Source of the DNA: a virus
Lineage: Duplodnaviria; Caudoviricetes
DNA: 35,316 nucleotides
IMG/VR virus record: IMGVR_UViG_3300027874_000580
Location: 1-35,316 of that record
Strand: one strand, 5' to 3'
The notes below the pieces were generated by a model, which was not told where the DNA came from, ran no database searches, and saw only the letters and a list, made by a program, of their open reading frames with translations. Of this stretch, positions 16,693 through 23,702 are shown one piece after another. The number at the start of each line of letters is the position of its first letter. Position 1 is the stretch's first letter. Both the position numbers and the translations under genes were made by a program.

Positions 16693-16958
16693 TACCGGTC
16701 CTCTCCCGCCCGCTCTAGCGTGTCCAGCGACGGCCAGGGCTGCTCGCCCTTGTGGGCGTAGACCACTTCGACCGTGGTCTTGACCACCCGTACCGGGTTG
16801 CTGCCGAGTGATTCAGCCAGGTTCACCGCCGCCTCGTGGGCGTCGGTGTCGGTGGGCGCGTCACGGCCCACGACGAACTCGCCGCTCGGCTCGACCTTCC
16901 ACTTGCCCAGGTCGAACATCTCGACCTTGTAGGTGATGTCGTTCATCATCATCATCAT
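16692..16958 (-). CDS. Hypothetical protein
   Basis: SD GAGGAG followed by five tandem ATG. Confidence 0.7.
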   Translation of the reverse strand: MMMMMNDITYKVEMFDLGKWKVEPSGEFVVGRDAPTDTDAHEAAVNLAESLGSNPVRVVKTTVEVVYAHKGEQPWPSLDTLERAGEDR

Positions 16959-16975
16959 CTCCTCATACGCCTGAA

Positions 16976-17002
16976 GGGGGGCCCGCCAGCGGCGGACCCC
17001 CC
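16976..17002. terminator. GC-rich stem-loop
   Basis: GGGGGGCCCGCC-AGC-GGCGGACCCCCC after the stop of 17012..17494. Confidence 0.5.
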
Positions 17003-17011
17003 GTCGGGGTG

Positions 17012-17494
17012 TTACTTCTCGACGCCTGGAGCCAGCAGGTCGTCCAGCTTGACTTCCTCCAGCGCGCGGGCCAGCACGTCCCTCCAGTACCGGCCGGTCT
17101 CGTTGCCCAGCGGCACCATCCGCTTGATCCGGTCCCCGCCGTCATCGCGGATGATGACGAACAGGGTCTGGCCGACATTGTCCTTCGCGGCCGGCCACCG
17201 GACGATGGTGCCCTGGGTCCAGGGGGTGCGGTAGGGCTGGCCGACGGCCAGGTCCACTGTCTCGGACGTGCCGGCCGTGGTCGACGTGTATCCCTCGGGC
17301 AGTTCCTTGGTGCACAGCGCCTTGTCGGCCTTCAGGCCGCGCGGGCCCTGCCGCAGCCCGAGGGTGCGCGGGTTGACCTTCTCGACGGTCCACTGACCGG
17401 GGTACTTGGCGCTGGGCACCATGTCGGGCCAGGTCGCGCCGTCCATCACGTAGACCTTGTCGCGCACCTTGAACGTCTGCTCTGTCATCATCAT
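17012..17494 (-). CDS. Hypothetical protein (two SH3-like beta-rich units)
   Basis: SD AAGGAG. FKVRDKVYV and GTIVRW segments. First gene after promoter repeat 2. Confidence 0.75.
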   Translation of the reverse strand: MMMTEQTFKVRDKVYVMDGATWPDMVPSAKYPGQWTVEKVNPRTLGLRQGPRGLKADKALCTKELPEGYTSTTAGTSETVDLAVGQPYRTPWTQGTIVRWPAAKDNVGQTLFVIIRDDGGDRIKRMVPLGNETGRYWRDVLARALEEVKLDDLLAPGVEK

Positions 17495-17509
17495 CTCCTT
17501 GGTCTGCCT

Positions 17510-17570
17510 GCCACTCCATGATGGCGGCTGCTTACACTTCTGTCAACAGTTGGGCTGGGATTTCTATTCC
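17510..17570 (-). promoter_or_regulatory. Repeated promoter cassette copy 2
   Basis: GGAATAGAAATCCCAGCCCAACTG-TTGACA-17 nt-CATCAT. Confidence 0.75.
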
Positions 17571-18400
17571 ACGCCCGTGATGCGGCTGATCTCCTCGGTG
17601 ATCGCCACCACGGCCTCGTAGGTGGTGTCCGCGCTCTCGGCGTTGCGAGCGGTGAACCCGGGGCCGGCCCAGTCATCCCCGGTGCAGCAGGACCGCTCGA
17701 TGCGGCAGGTGCCGTCGCCGTTACTCACCAGGACAGCGTCCAGTTCGTGGCCGCAGCGGGTGCGGTGCCCGGCGCGCATCCGCTGGTACATCACGGTGTC
17801 AGGCAGGGGCACCCTCTCGGGAGCGGCGGCCTGCTTGGCAGCATCCCGGGCAGCCGCCTCGACGTCCTCCCAGCCGTAGTAGCCGCCGCACGAGTCGAGG
17901 GTCTCGCCGTCCGGGCCGAGCACCGCCCAGCAGAAGGTGTCGCCGTTGATGTAGTGGCTGTAGACCGCGACGTCACCGGCGATCAGCTTGGCCGCCTGCG
18001 CCTTGTCCTCATCGGACCCGGTCCATTCGGTGCCCTGGGTCTCCCGCCAGTTTTCAGCGGTGACGTAGGCCACGCCGCACTGGGCGGAGTCCCACTTGTC
18101 ATCGAAGGGGTAGGTGCGCGGCCCGGTGGACAGCGCGATGCCGCTGTGCTCGTAGACCCAGACCGGCTGGCTGTACAGCGCCACCCCGGCCTCCAGCAGG
18201 TGGCCCTCGATCTGCGGCCACGCCGGGCCGTTGCCGAACGAGGCGATGTCCAGCCCGGCGTCGTTGGGGAAGTTCCACCGCCGGCCCCACATGATCAGGT
18301 CGCAGCCGTGGATGTCGTCGCGCGGGGAGCCGGTGTCCGGGTCGTGGTCGATCTCGACCGTCAGGCCGGCCTCGGTGAATGTGTCTATTGTCATTGTCAT
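17564..18400 (-). CDS. Hypothetical protein with shared C-terminal tail (B)
   Basis: YEHSG...WDSAQCG...YINGD...DSCGGYYG domain, a Cys cluster, and the end DTTYEAVVAITEEISRITGVE. Confidence 0.8.
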   Translation of the reverse strand: MTMTIDTFTEAGLTVEIDHDPDTGSPRDDIHGCDLIMWGRRWNFPNDAGLDIASFGNGPAWPQIEGHLLEAGVALYSQPVWVYEHSGIALSTGPRTYPFDDKWDSAQCGVAYVTAENWRETQGTEWTGSDEDKAQAAKLIAGDVAVYSHYINGDTFCWAVLGPDGETLDSCGGYYGWEDVEAAARDAAKQAAAPERVPLPDTVMYQRMRAGHRTRCGHELDAVLVSNGDGTCRIERSCCTGDDWAGPGFTARNAESADTTYEAVVAITEEISRITGVE

Positions 18401-18415
18401 CTCCTGGTGTTTCTT

Positions 18416-18460
18416 CCGCCTATGCTACAAGGCGGCTCAGACATTCTGTCAACGGTTGAT
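18416..18460 (-). promoter_or_regulatory. Repeated promoter cassette copy 3
   Basis: TCAACCG-TTGACA-19 nt-TAGCAT. CCGCCT/AGGCGG stem with an 8-nt loop holding the -10. Confidence 0.7.
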
Positions 18461-18884
18461 GAGCCGGTAACCGGCCTTGCCGCCAGGGAGCTTTCCGCGT
18501 ACGGCCAGTCCCTTGCGGACGAGGCTTGCGGTGGTCCGCGATATACCTTCGGGACTGCGGCCGAGAGCGCTGGCCAGCTCGGCCAGGCCGGTCAGTGACG
18601 AGGCGGAGAGCAGGCTCAGCACCTGCCTCTCGTTCGTGGTGATCTTGCCGTTCATGTGTGCTCTCCTCATCTAGTTCGAGTGTGTCCATGTCGACCTTGC
18701 CGGACGCGGCCAGGTCCGCAACGGTGCGGTAGTAGCCGGCGTGGAACCCGCCGGGGTGGGTGACTGAGAACTGCTCCCCCTCGCACGGTGGGAGCGCCCT
18801 CGCGTTCAGGTTGCCCTGGTCTCCGACCAGTCTCATCACGATCACTTCGACCCGCATCCCGTTGGCGTCATACCAGCGGGGCAT
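18420..18884 (-). CDS. Hypothetical protein; the C-terminal half overlaps the wHTH gene out of frame
   Basis: SD AAGGAGAGG. The first ~72 aa look globular and the remainder is low complexity. Confidence 0.55.
   Translation of the reverse strand: MPRWYDANGMRVEVIVMRLVGDQGNLNARALPPCEGEQFSVTHPGGFHAGYYRTVADLAASGKVDMDTLELDEESTHERQDHHEREAGAEPALRLVTDRPGRAGQRSRPQSRRYIADHRKPRPQGTGRTRKAPWRQGRLPAHQPLTECLSRLVA
18449..18655 (-). CDS. Winged helix-turn-helix (MarR-like) protein
   Basis: SD GAGGAG. TTNERQVLSLL...LAELASALGRSPEGISRTTASLVRKGLA...YRL. Confidence 0.75.
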   Translation of the reverse strand: MNGKITTNERQVLSLLSASSLTGLAELASALGRSPEGISRTTASLVRKGLAVRGKLPGGKAGYRLINR

Positions 18885-18902
18885 CCATTACCTCTCCTTG
18901 CT

Positions 18903-18958
18903 GGGCACACCGTTGTGCCCGCACTTCTGTCAACAGTTGAGCAGGCAGTTCTGTTCCC
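18903..18958 (-). promoter_or_regulatory. Repeated promoter cassette copy 4
   Basis: GGGAACAGAACTGCCTGCTCAACTG-TTGACA, then the hairpin GGGCACA-ACGG-TGTGCCC. No clear -10. Confidence 0.65.
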
Positions 18959-18963
18959 GTGGG

Positions 18964-18993
18964 TGGACAGCCTGCCCTGCTGGTGCCTACGAT
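18964..18993 (+). promoter_or_regulatory. Putative sigma70-type promoter
   Basis: TGGACA-18 nt-TACGAT upstream of 19029. Confidence 0.5.
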
Positions 18994-19028
18994 CGGGCCC
19001 TCATCACAGCTCACCCTGGAGGACCGTC

Positions 19029-19205
19029 ATGGGCGGCAGCCAGATGTACCACCACACCGTGCCGCAGGCCGCGGGCGACATGTACCACCACTCGATGCTT
19101 CTGCTCCACACCGCCGCGCTGCACGGCCAGCTCGCCATCTCCGCGGCGGTGCTCGCGGTAGCCTGCGGGTATGCAGGACTGCGCAGGGCCCGATCCCGGG
19201 GATGA
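19029..19205 (+). CDS. Small Met-His repeat membrane peptide 2
   Basis: SD GGAGGA. MGGSQMYHHT..DMYHHSM, then a hydrophobic helix and a basic tail. Confidence 0.65.
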   Translation: MGGSQMYHHTVPQAAGDMYHHSMLLLHTAALHGQLAISAAVLAVACGYAGLRRARSRG

Positions 19206-19218
19206 CACCAAGGCGGTA

Positions 19219-19410
19219 ATGCCCGACGTGCTGGTGCGCCGGCCGCGCCTCGGCCTGGCCAGCCCCGGCAGCGGCTGGGGCGGCCTGAGAGAGCCTGAAC
19301 AGCCGGGGGTGTTCACCAGCGCCGACGGCACGGTGGGCAGCGGCTACGACGTGGCCGGGCGGCGGGCGGCCCGCAGCCGCCGCGCCGCCCGGCTGGACCG
19401 CGAGATCTAA
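19219..19410 (+). CDS. Hypothetical protein
   Basis: ATG 19219 after AAGGCGG, high GC3. Confidence 0.5.
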   Translation: MPDVLVRRPRLGLASPGSGWGGLREPEQPGVFTSADGTVGSGYDVAGRRAARSRRAARLDREI

Positions 19411-19628
19411 CCTGGCGGATTGGCGCTGTTCGGGCACCGGGCCGCCTCCCGGGAGGTCTCGGCGTACGGGCACCGCACCGGCGGCTTGCCGCAGATGTGG
19501 CAGTAGGGCAGCCCGCGATCGAGCCGGGCCAGGGTGGTCCGCGCGCACCACCAGCCGAACCGCTCGGGCAGGTTGAGCGCGACCGCCCAGAACACCCCGA
19601 GGGTGATCAGTTCCCACCGTGCCATCAT
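19407..19628 (-). CDS. Hypothetical protein with CxxC
   Basis: SD GAGGAG and ATGA coupling. Confidence 0.55.
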   Translation of the reverse strand: MMARWELITLGVFWAVALNLPERFGWWCARTTLARLDRGLPYCHICGKPPVRCPYAETSREAARCPNSANPPG

Positions 19629-19843
19629 TCTCCTCGCCTGATTACTGCCACGACCTCCGACCAGGGCAGCCGGTGCTCGGCCTCCCCGATCTCGGCGTAG
19701 CAGGCGGCCTGGGCGACCCAGGTGACCCGGGCGCGCACCCGCTTGTTCTTGTAGTCGAACACCACGGTGTCGCCCACAGCGGCCTTCTCCGGGCCCCACA
19801 CGTCCCGCACCGGCCCGAGGCCGGGGGAGGCTTCGGCGGTCAC
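19625..19843 (-). CDS. Small SH3-like hypothetical protein
   Basis: VGDTVVF...ARVTWV pattern, coupled at both ends. Confidence 0.65.
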   Translation of the reverse strand: MTAEASPGLGPVRDVWGPEKAAVGDTVVFDYKNKRVRARVTWVAQAACYAEIGEAEHRLPWSEVVAVIRRGE

Positions 19844-19995
19844 GCCGGCCTCCTGTTCTGCCAGGTGCTGATGTCAGCGGCTAGCGTGACCGAGGGGTAG
19901 GGCTCATCCGGCCGTTGCGGGGTCACCAGGCAGAAGAAGAACTCACCCAGCATCCGGCCCGTCAGGGCCAAGCCCTGCAGATACCACTTGGCCAT
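19840..19995 (-). CDS. Small hypothetical protein
   Basis: ATG 19995 fills the gap and overlaps the next gene by GTGA. Confidence 0.45.
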   Translation of the reverse strand: MAKWYLQGLALTGRMLGEFFFCLVTPQRPDEPYPSVTLAADISTWQNRRPA

Positions 19996-20000
19996 CGTGA

Positions 20001-20333
20001 TCAGCCCGCTCCGTAGTAGCTGTGCTCGGGCATGGTGTCGGTGCCCTTGCGCACCGGGATCACCCAGCCCTTGCGGGACCGGCCCGGGACGCCCGCAGCG
20101 GCCCAGTCGATCCACGGGGGTACGTCGAACTCGTAGTACGGCTGCGAGTGCGCCGCCTCGGGGTTTTCGTTCACCGGCAGCGGTGGCCGGTTGCCGTCCT
20201 TGTTGCGGGTCTGCCGGACGAACCACATCTCCACCTGACGGCGGTCGATGTCACCGCGCCCGTCGGGGAACTCGAAGGTCTCGTTGAATGCGGTGGCGAT
20301 CACCTGGTAGCCGCCGCGCAATTCCTCGGTCAT
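20001..20333 (-). CDS. Putative excisionase/AlpA-like HTH DNA-binding protein
   Basis: SD AAGGAG. GYQVIA...IDRRQVEMW...P.P...F....IDW pattern. Confidence 0.5.
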   Translation of the reverse strand: MTEELRGGYQVIATAFNETFEFPDGRGDIDRRQVEMWFVRQTRNKDGNRPPLPVNENPEAAHSQPYYEFDVPPWIDWAAAGVPGRSRKGWVIPVRKGTDTMPEHSYYGAG

Positions 20334-20374
20334 GGTCTTCTCCTTGATCGGAATCCTATTCTGCCAATGGCTAA

Positions 20375-20402
20375 AGGGGACCGGAGGCGTTCCCGGTCCC
20401 CT
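20375..20402 (-). terminator. Intrinsic terminator
   Basis: AGGGGACCGG/CCGGTCCCCT stem followed by TT on the minus strand, just after the 20413 stop. Confidence 0.65.
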
Positions 20403-20412
20403 GTGCCTTTCT

Positions 20413-21558
20413 TCAGTTACCCGCTATGCGGGAGATTTCCTCGGTGATCTGCCGGACCTGCTCGTAGCTGCTGTCGCTGTGGTGCTCAGCCGAGCCGGGG
20501 CCAGTCTTACTGCGCCGGCAGGCCGGGTCGTCGCAGTAGTCGTAGCGGCCGGACGGGTCGTGGTAGTGGCCGGTCCCGGGTGCGGGAGGCCAGGTGCCGT
20601 CGGGGGTCATGCCCTCGATGGTGTGCCGGCCGCCCTTGGGGCAGTCCGGGTTCCACGACCACGGCTGGGTTTTCACCACGCAGTAGGCGTCATTCCGGGC
20701 CTCGTACTGGACGCCCTCGCCGCACTTGGTGCACGGCCCCGAGCCGTAGTTGCCGCCGCTCTCGATCAGGTCGTGACGCGGGGTGTGGTTCGGGAAGTAG
20801 GACTTGACGCACAGGTAGCCCAGGTGGTGCTCGTCCGGGTACTCCGGGCCAGGCACCTGGTGGTGGCTGTTGCTGGTGCCACCGTGGGTGTGGTCGATGT
20901 GGTAGTCCAGCCCGCGCACGTTCCAGAACGTCTCCCCGCAGGCGCAGTGCAGCTTGCTCGCGCTGACCGCGTTGGACACGTTGCGGTCCACCCCGTCGGG
21001 GGAGTAGCTGTGCTTGAAGTAGCCGTACACGCTGCGCACCCACAGCTCGGACATGTTCTCCTGCGCCTCGGCCAGGATGCGCCGGGCCCGCGCCACCACC
21101 CCGGCGGGGTAGTAACCGCCCTCGTCCTCGGCCAGGGTCTCGATGCTCATGATCGCGTCCGGGCCCGACGGCCGGTCCACGCGCGGCTTGCCCTTGCCCG
21201 AGCTGTGAAACCCGTAGATCGAGTAGGTGTGCGCCGGGTGGCCCGGCGGGCACAGGAACGACCCGGAGCCGCCGTCACGTCCGGTGCGGAACTGGTAGAT
21301 CGCGTTGACCTCCCGCTGAACCGGCTCGGCGTGGATCAGCCCGGAGCCCAGGCGGGGGATCACGTAGTCCTCGACGGTCCAGCCGGCGACGTCCTTGCCG
21401 CGCACCAGGATCTGCCAGGAATCCACCTTGCTGACCCGGTAGTTGGACGGCAGGTAGGCCGCCACGGTCTCGGGAGTGGGCTTGCCCTCGTGCCGGGGCA
21501 CCCGCACCACGCGGTCGGCGCTGTAGTCGGGGGCCTGGTCTTGCTCTGTCATGGTCAT
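20413..21558 (-). CDS. Mosaic Cys/His-rich hypothetical protein with shared C-terminal tail (C)
   Basis: C2H2-like CACGETF....LDYHIDHTH, CTKCG, and the end DSSYEQVRQITEEISRIAGN. First gene after promoter repeat 5. Confidence 0.8.
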   Translation of the reverse strand: MTMTEQDQAPDYSADRVVRVPRHEGKPTPETVAAYLPSNYRVSKVDSWQILVRGKDVAGWTVEDYVIPRLGSGLIHAEPVQREVNAIYQFRTGRDGGSGSFLCPPGHPAHTYSIYGFHSSGKGKPRVDRPSGPDAIMSIETLAEDEGGYYPAGVVARARRILAEAQENMSELWVRSVYGYFKHSYSPDGVDRNVSNAVSASKLHCACGETFWNVRGLDYHIDHTHGGTSNSHHQVPGPEYPDEHHLGYLCVKSYFPNHTPRHDLIESGGNYGSGPCTKCGEGVQYEARNDAYCVVKTQPWSWNPDCPKGGRHTIEGMTPDGTWPPAPGTGHYHDPSGRYDYCDDPACRRSKTGPGSAEHHSDSSYEQVRQITEEISRIAGN

Positions 21559-21575
21559 CTCCTTGGTCAGTTACC

Positions 21576-21634
21576 GGCCAGAATATGAACTGGCCCGCAC
21601 TTCTGTCAACGGTTGAGCGGGCGTTATTGTTCCC
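21576..21634 (-). promoter_or_regulatory. Repeated promoter cassette copy 5
   Basis: GGGAACAATAACGCCCGCTCAACCG-TTGACA-18 nt-TATTCT. GGCCAG/CTGGCC stem with an 8-nt loop. Confidence 0.8.
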
Positions 21635-21647
21635 CGCCAGGCAGCAC

Positions 21648-21690
21648 GGAGCCCCGGCGACCGGTGATCGAACTGGTGCGCCGGGGCTCC
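21648..21690. terminator. Stem-loop downstream of replication operon
   Basis: GGAGCCCCGGCG...CGCCGGGGCTCC, a 12-bp perfect outer stem. Confidence 0.6.
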
Positions 21691-21764
21691 ATCCGCCCGA
21701 GTCGTTGTGGGCCGGCCTGGGCGGCCTGACCGCTCCGCAAGCGGGGCCTACGGGGCGGGCAGTC

Positions 21765-22835
21765 TTACTGGCCGGTCGCCCAGGGCGGCATCGGCGGTGC
21801 CTGCCCCGGCGGGCCCTGCGGTGGCTGCGCCGCGGGAGCTGGCTGCTGCGGCATGCCGTTCTGGCCCTGGCCCTGCGCCGGGTTCCACTGCTGCTGGCCC
21901 TGGCCCTCGGCGGTGAACTGCCCCAGGCCCGGCTGGCCCACGGCACCGGGCCCCGGAGCCGCGCCCTGCGGCGGCGGGTACGGCTGCCCGGGGTAGCCCT
22001 GCTGTGGTCCCGCGGCGGGGCCCTGCGGCGGAGCGTACTGCTGCGGCGGAGGACCGGCGGGCGGGCCCACAGGCTGTGGAGGACCCTGTGGAGGGGCGTA
22101 GCCCTGCGGCGGCAGCGCCGGGCCAGTTCCGGGCGGCCCGTAGGCCACAGCGGTCTGCGGGCCGGGAGCCGGCTGCTGCGGAACACCAGCGACCTTGTGC
22201 AGGCGGCGGATCTTGGTGTTGTCCCAGGCGGTGTCGAGGTAGGTCTCGATACCCACCGGCTTGCCGATCATCATCTGCCCGGCCTGCTCATCGGTGATGC
22301 CCTGGTGCCAGTACGGCTGCTCACCGGGGATGCCCGAGAACTTCTCCCCGACCGGGATGCCCATGGCGGCCAGATCCTTCATCAGCCGCTCCGCGCCGAA
22401 GTTGTTCGGCTGCCCGTCGTTGGTCAGCGGGGACACCACCATGGTGTAGGAGATGTTCCGGCCGGTGTGCGGGCCCTGGGTGAACTGCAGCTTCAGCTTC
22501 CAGCCGTTCTTGGTGCCGTCCTTGAAGCCGCCAGGCAGCCACGGGGCCTCGGTCACGACACCGGGGAAGGTGCCGTGCGGCTCCAGCTTGAAACTGCCGC
22601 CCTGCTCGGCGTAGGCGTAGACCTGGTCCCACACGCCGGGACCGGACGCGGGCGCGGCCTGGCTGCCGTAACCGGCGGGCGGTGCCGCATACCCGGGCGG
22701 GCCCTGCGGAGGGGCGTAGCCGGGCGGGGCGTAGCCCTGCTGCGGCGGGTAGCCCTGCTGCGGCTGCTGCGGGTAGCCCTGCTGCGGGCCCTGCTGCGGG
22801 TAGCCGCCACCGGGCGGCTGGTAGGGGTAACTCAT
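21765..22835 (-). CDS. DUF669-like single-stranded DNA-binding protein with long P/Q/G/Y-rich tails
   Basis: Core P.GT..G.V.EA...KL.F..GP..GR.I, located directly after the AAA_24 gene. Low-complexity YPQQG repeats at both ends. Confidence 0.65.
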   Translation of the reverse strand: MSYPYQPPGGGYPQQGPQQGYPQQPQQGYPPQQGYAPPGYAPPQGPPGYAAPPAGYGSQAAPASGPGVWDQVYAYAEQGGSFKLEPHGTFPGVVTEAPWLPGGFKDGTKNGWKLKLQFTQGPHTGRNISYTMVVSPLTNDGQPNNFGAERLMKDLAAMGIPVGEKFSGIPGEQPYWHQGITDEQAGQMMIGKPVGIETYLDTAWDNTKIRRLHKVAGVPQQPAPGPQTAVAYGPPGTGPALPPQGYAPPQGPPQPVGPPAGPPPQQYAPPQGPAAGPQQGYPGQPYPPPQGAAPGPGAVGQPGLGQFTAEGQGQQQWNPAQGQGQNGMPQQPAPAAQPPQGPPGQAPPMPPWATGQ

Positions 22836-22850
22836 GATCCTGATCTTCTC

Positions 22851-23675
22851 CTAACTCTGGATCACCTGGGCGACCATGCTCTCGATGGTCCAGCCCTCGA
22901 CGCGGCCGGGGTATCCGACCACCATGTCATCGGGCAGCCGGCCCCACAGCCGGTTGCCGGTTTCGTGGATGGGGCTCGGGCCGATCCACAGGTGCCGTCG
23001 GCCGTCCGGGGCGGCTTCCAGCCACCCGGTGAGGTCGGGCACGTACGGCGTCAGGTCCGCGGCCTGCCCGGACAGGATCGGCCGCCACTTGCGCATCCGG
23101 TCATCCCAGTGCGCGCCGGCGATGAACGTCACCGCCCACACCGGCCGGTACGGGTGGGTGAGCAGGTCGCGGTAGGACCAGATCAGCCCCATCACCTGCC
23201 GCAGCACCATCCCCCAGTGGTCCCGCTCCATTTTCTTGTAGCCGGCGAGGGACATCATCACCCGCTGCTGGATCGTCGGCACAGAGTCGATCGTGACCGA
23301 GTTGAACGGGTGCTGCCCGGTGTTCAGGATCTTGTGCGTGGTGTGCAGCAGGTTGTAGTCCTGCACTACCACCACGCAGGTGTGCCAGCGGCCCTCGGGG
23401 TTGCGCGGGCTGGCCGCCCGGGGATCGCACGGCCAGCTCGGCACCTGCTCGCGCAGCGGGTTCCAGTAGATCTTGGTGCTCGGCGTCCACGACGCGGCGG
23501 TCTCGGAGTCCAGCGCCAGCACCGGCTCGGGCCCGGTGTCCCCGAGAGAGGACTTGCCCACCTTGTAGATGCCGAAGAACAGCGACGACAGGCCCTGCAT
23601 CTGGCGGGTGGCGGCCGGCTGGCCGTTGGGCTGCGCGAGCCCGGCCGGTATGGCTTGGTACGGCTGGATCGTCAA
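22851..23675 (-). CDS. AAA_24 / Sak4-like ATPase
   Basis: FGIYKVGKSS Walker A, LALDSE, SVTIDS Walker B, ..DHWG...AH pattern. Confidence 0.8.
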   Translation of the reverse strand: MTIQPYQAIPAGLAQPNGQPAATRQMQGLSSLFFGIYKVGKSSLGDTGPEPVLALDSETAASWTPSTKIYWNPLREQVPSWPCDPRAASPRNPEGRWHTCVVVVQDYNLLHTTHKILNTGQHPFNSVTIDSVPTIQQRVMMSLAGYKKMERDHWGMVLRQVMGLIWSYRDLLTHPYRPVWAVTFIAGAHWDDRMRKWRPILSGQAADLTPYVPDLTGWLEAAPDGRRHLWIGPSPIHETGNRLWGRLPDDMVVGYPGRVEGWTIESMVAQVIQS

Positions 23676-23702
23676 GTCAGCTCCCTGGTCCTGGTGGCAA
23701 GC

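Noticed and set aside
21567-21584. ILAGN-stop reading on the minus strand resembling the end of the shared tail
   Set aside because: The frame is closed by a TGA a few codons upstream, has no start, and overlaps the promoter -10 hairpin.
13110-21634. Repeats as a CRISPR array or integron attC sites (GCTCAAC/GTTGAGC resemble RYYYAAC/GTTRRRY)
   Set aside because: Spacing is irregular (0.5-4.4 kb). There is no matching distal core site or long attC hairpin, and no cas or intI gene. The TTGACA plus -10 geometry explains the repeats better as promoters.
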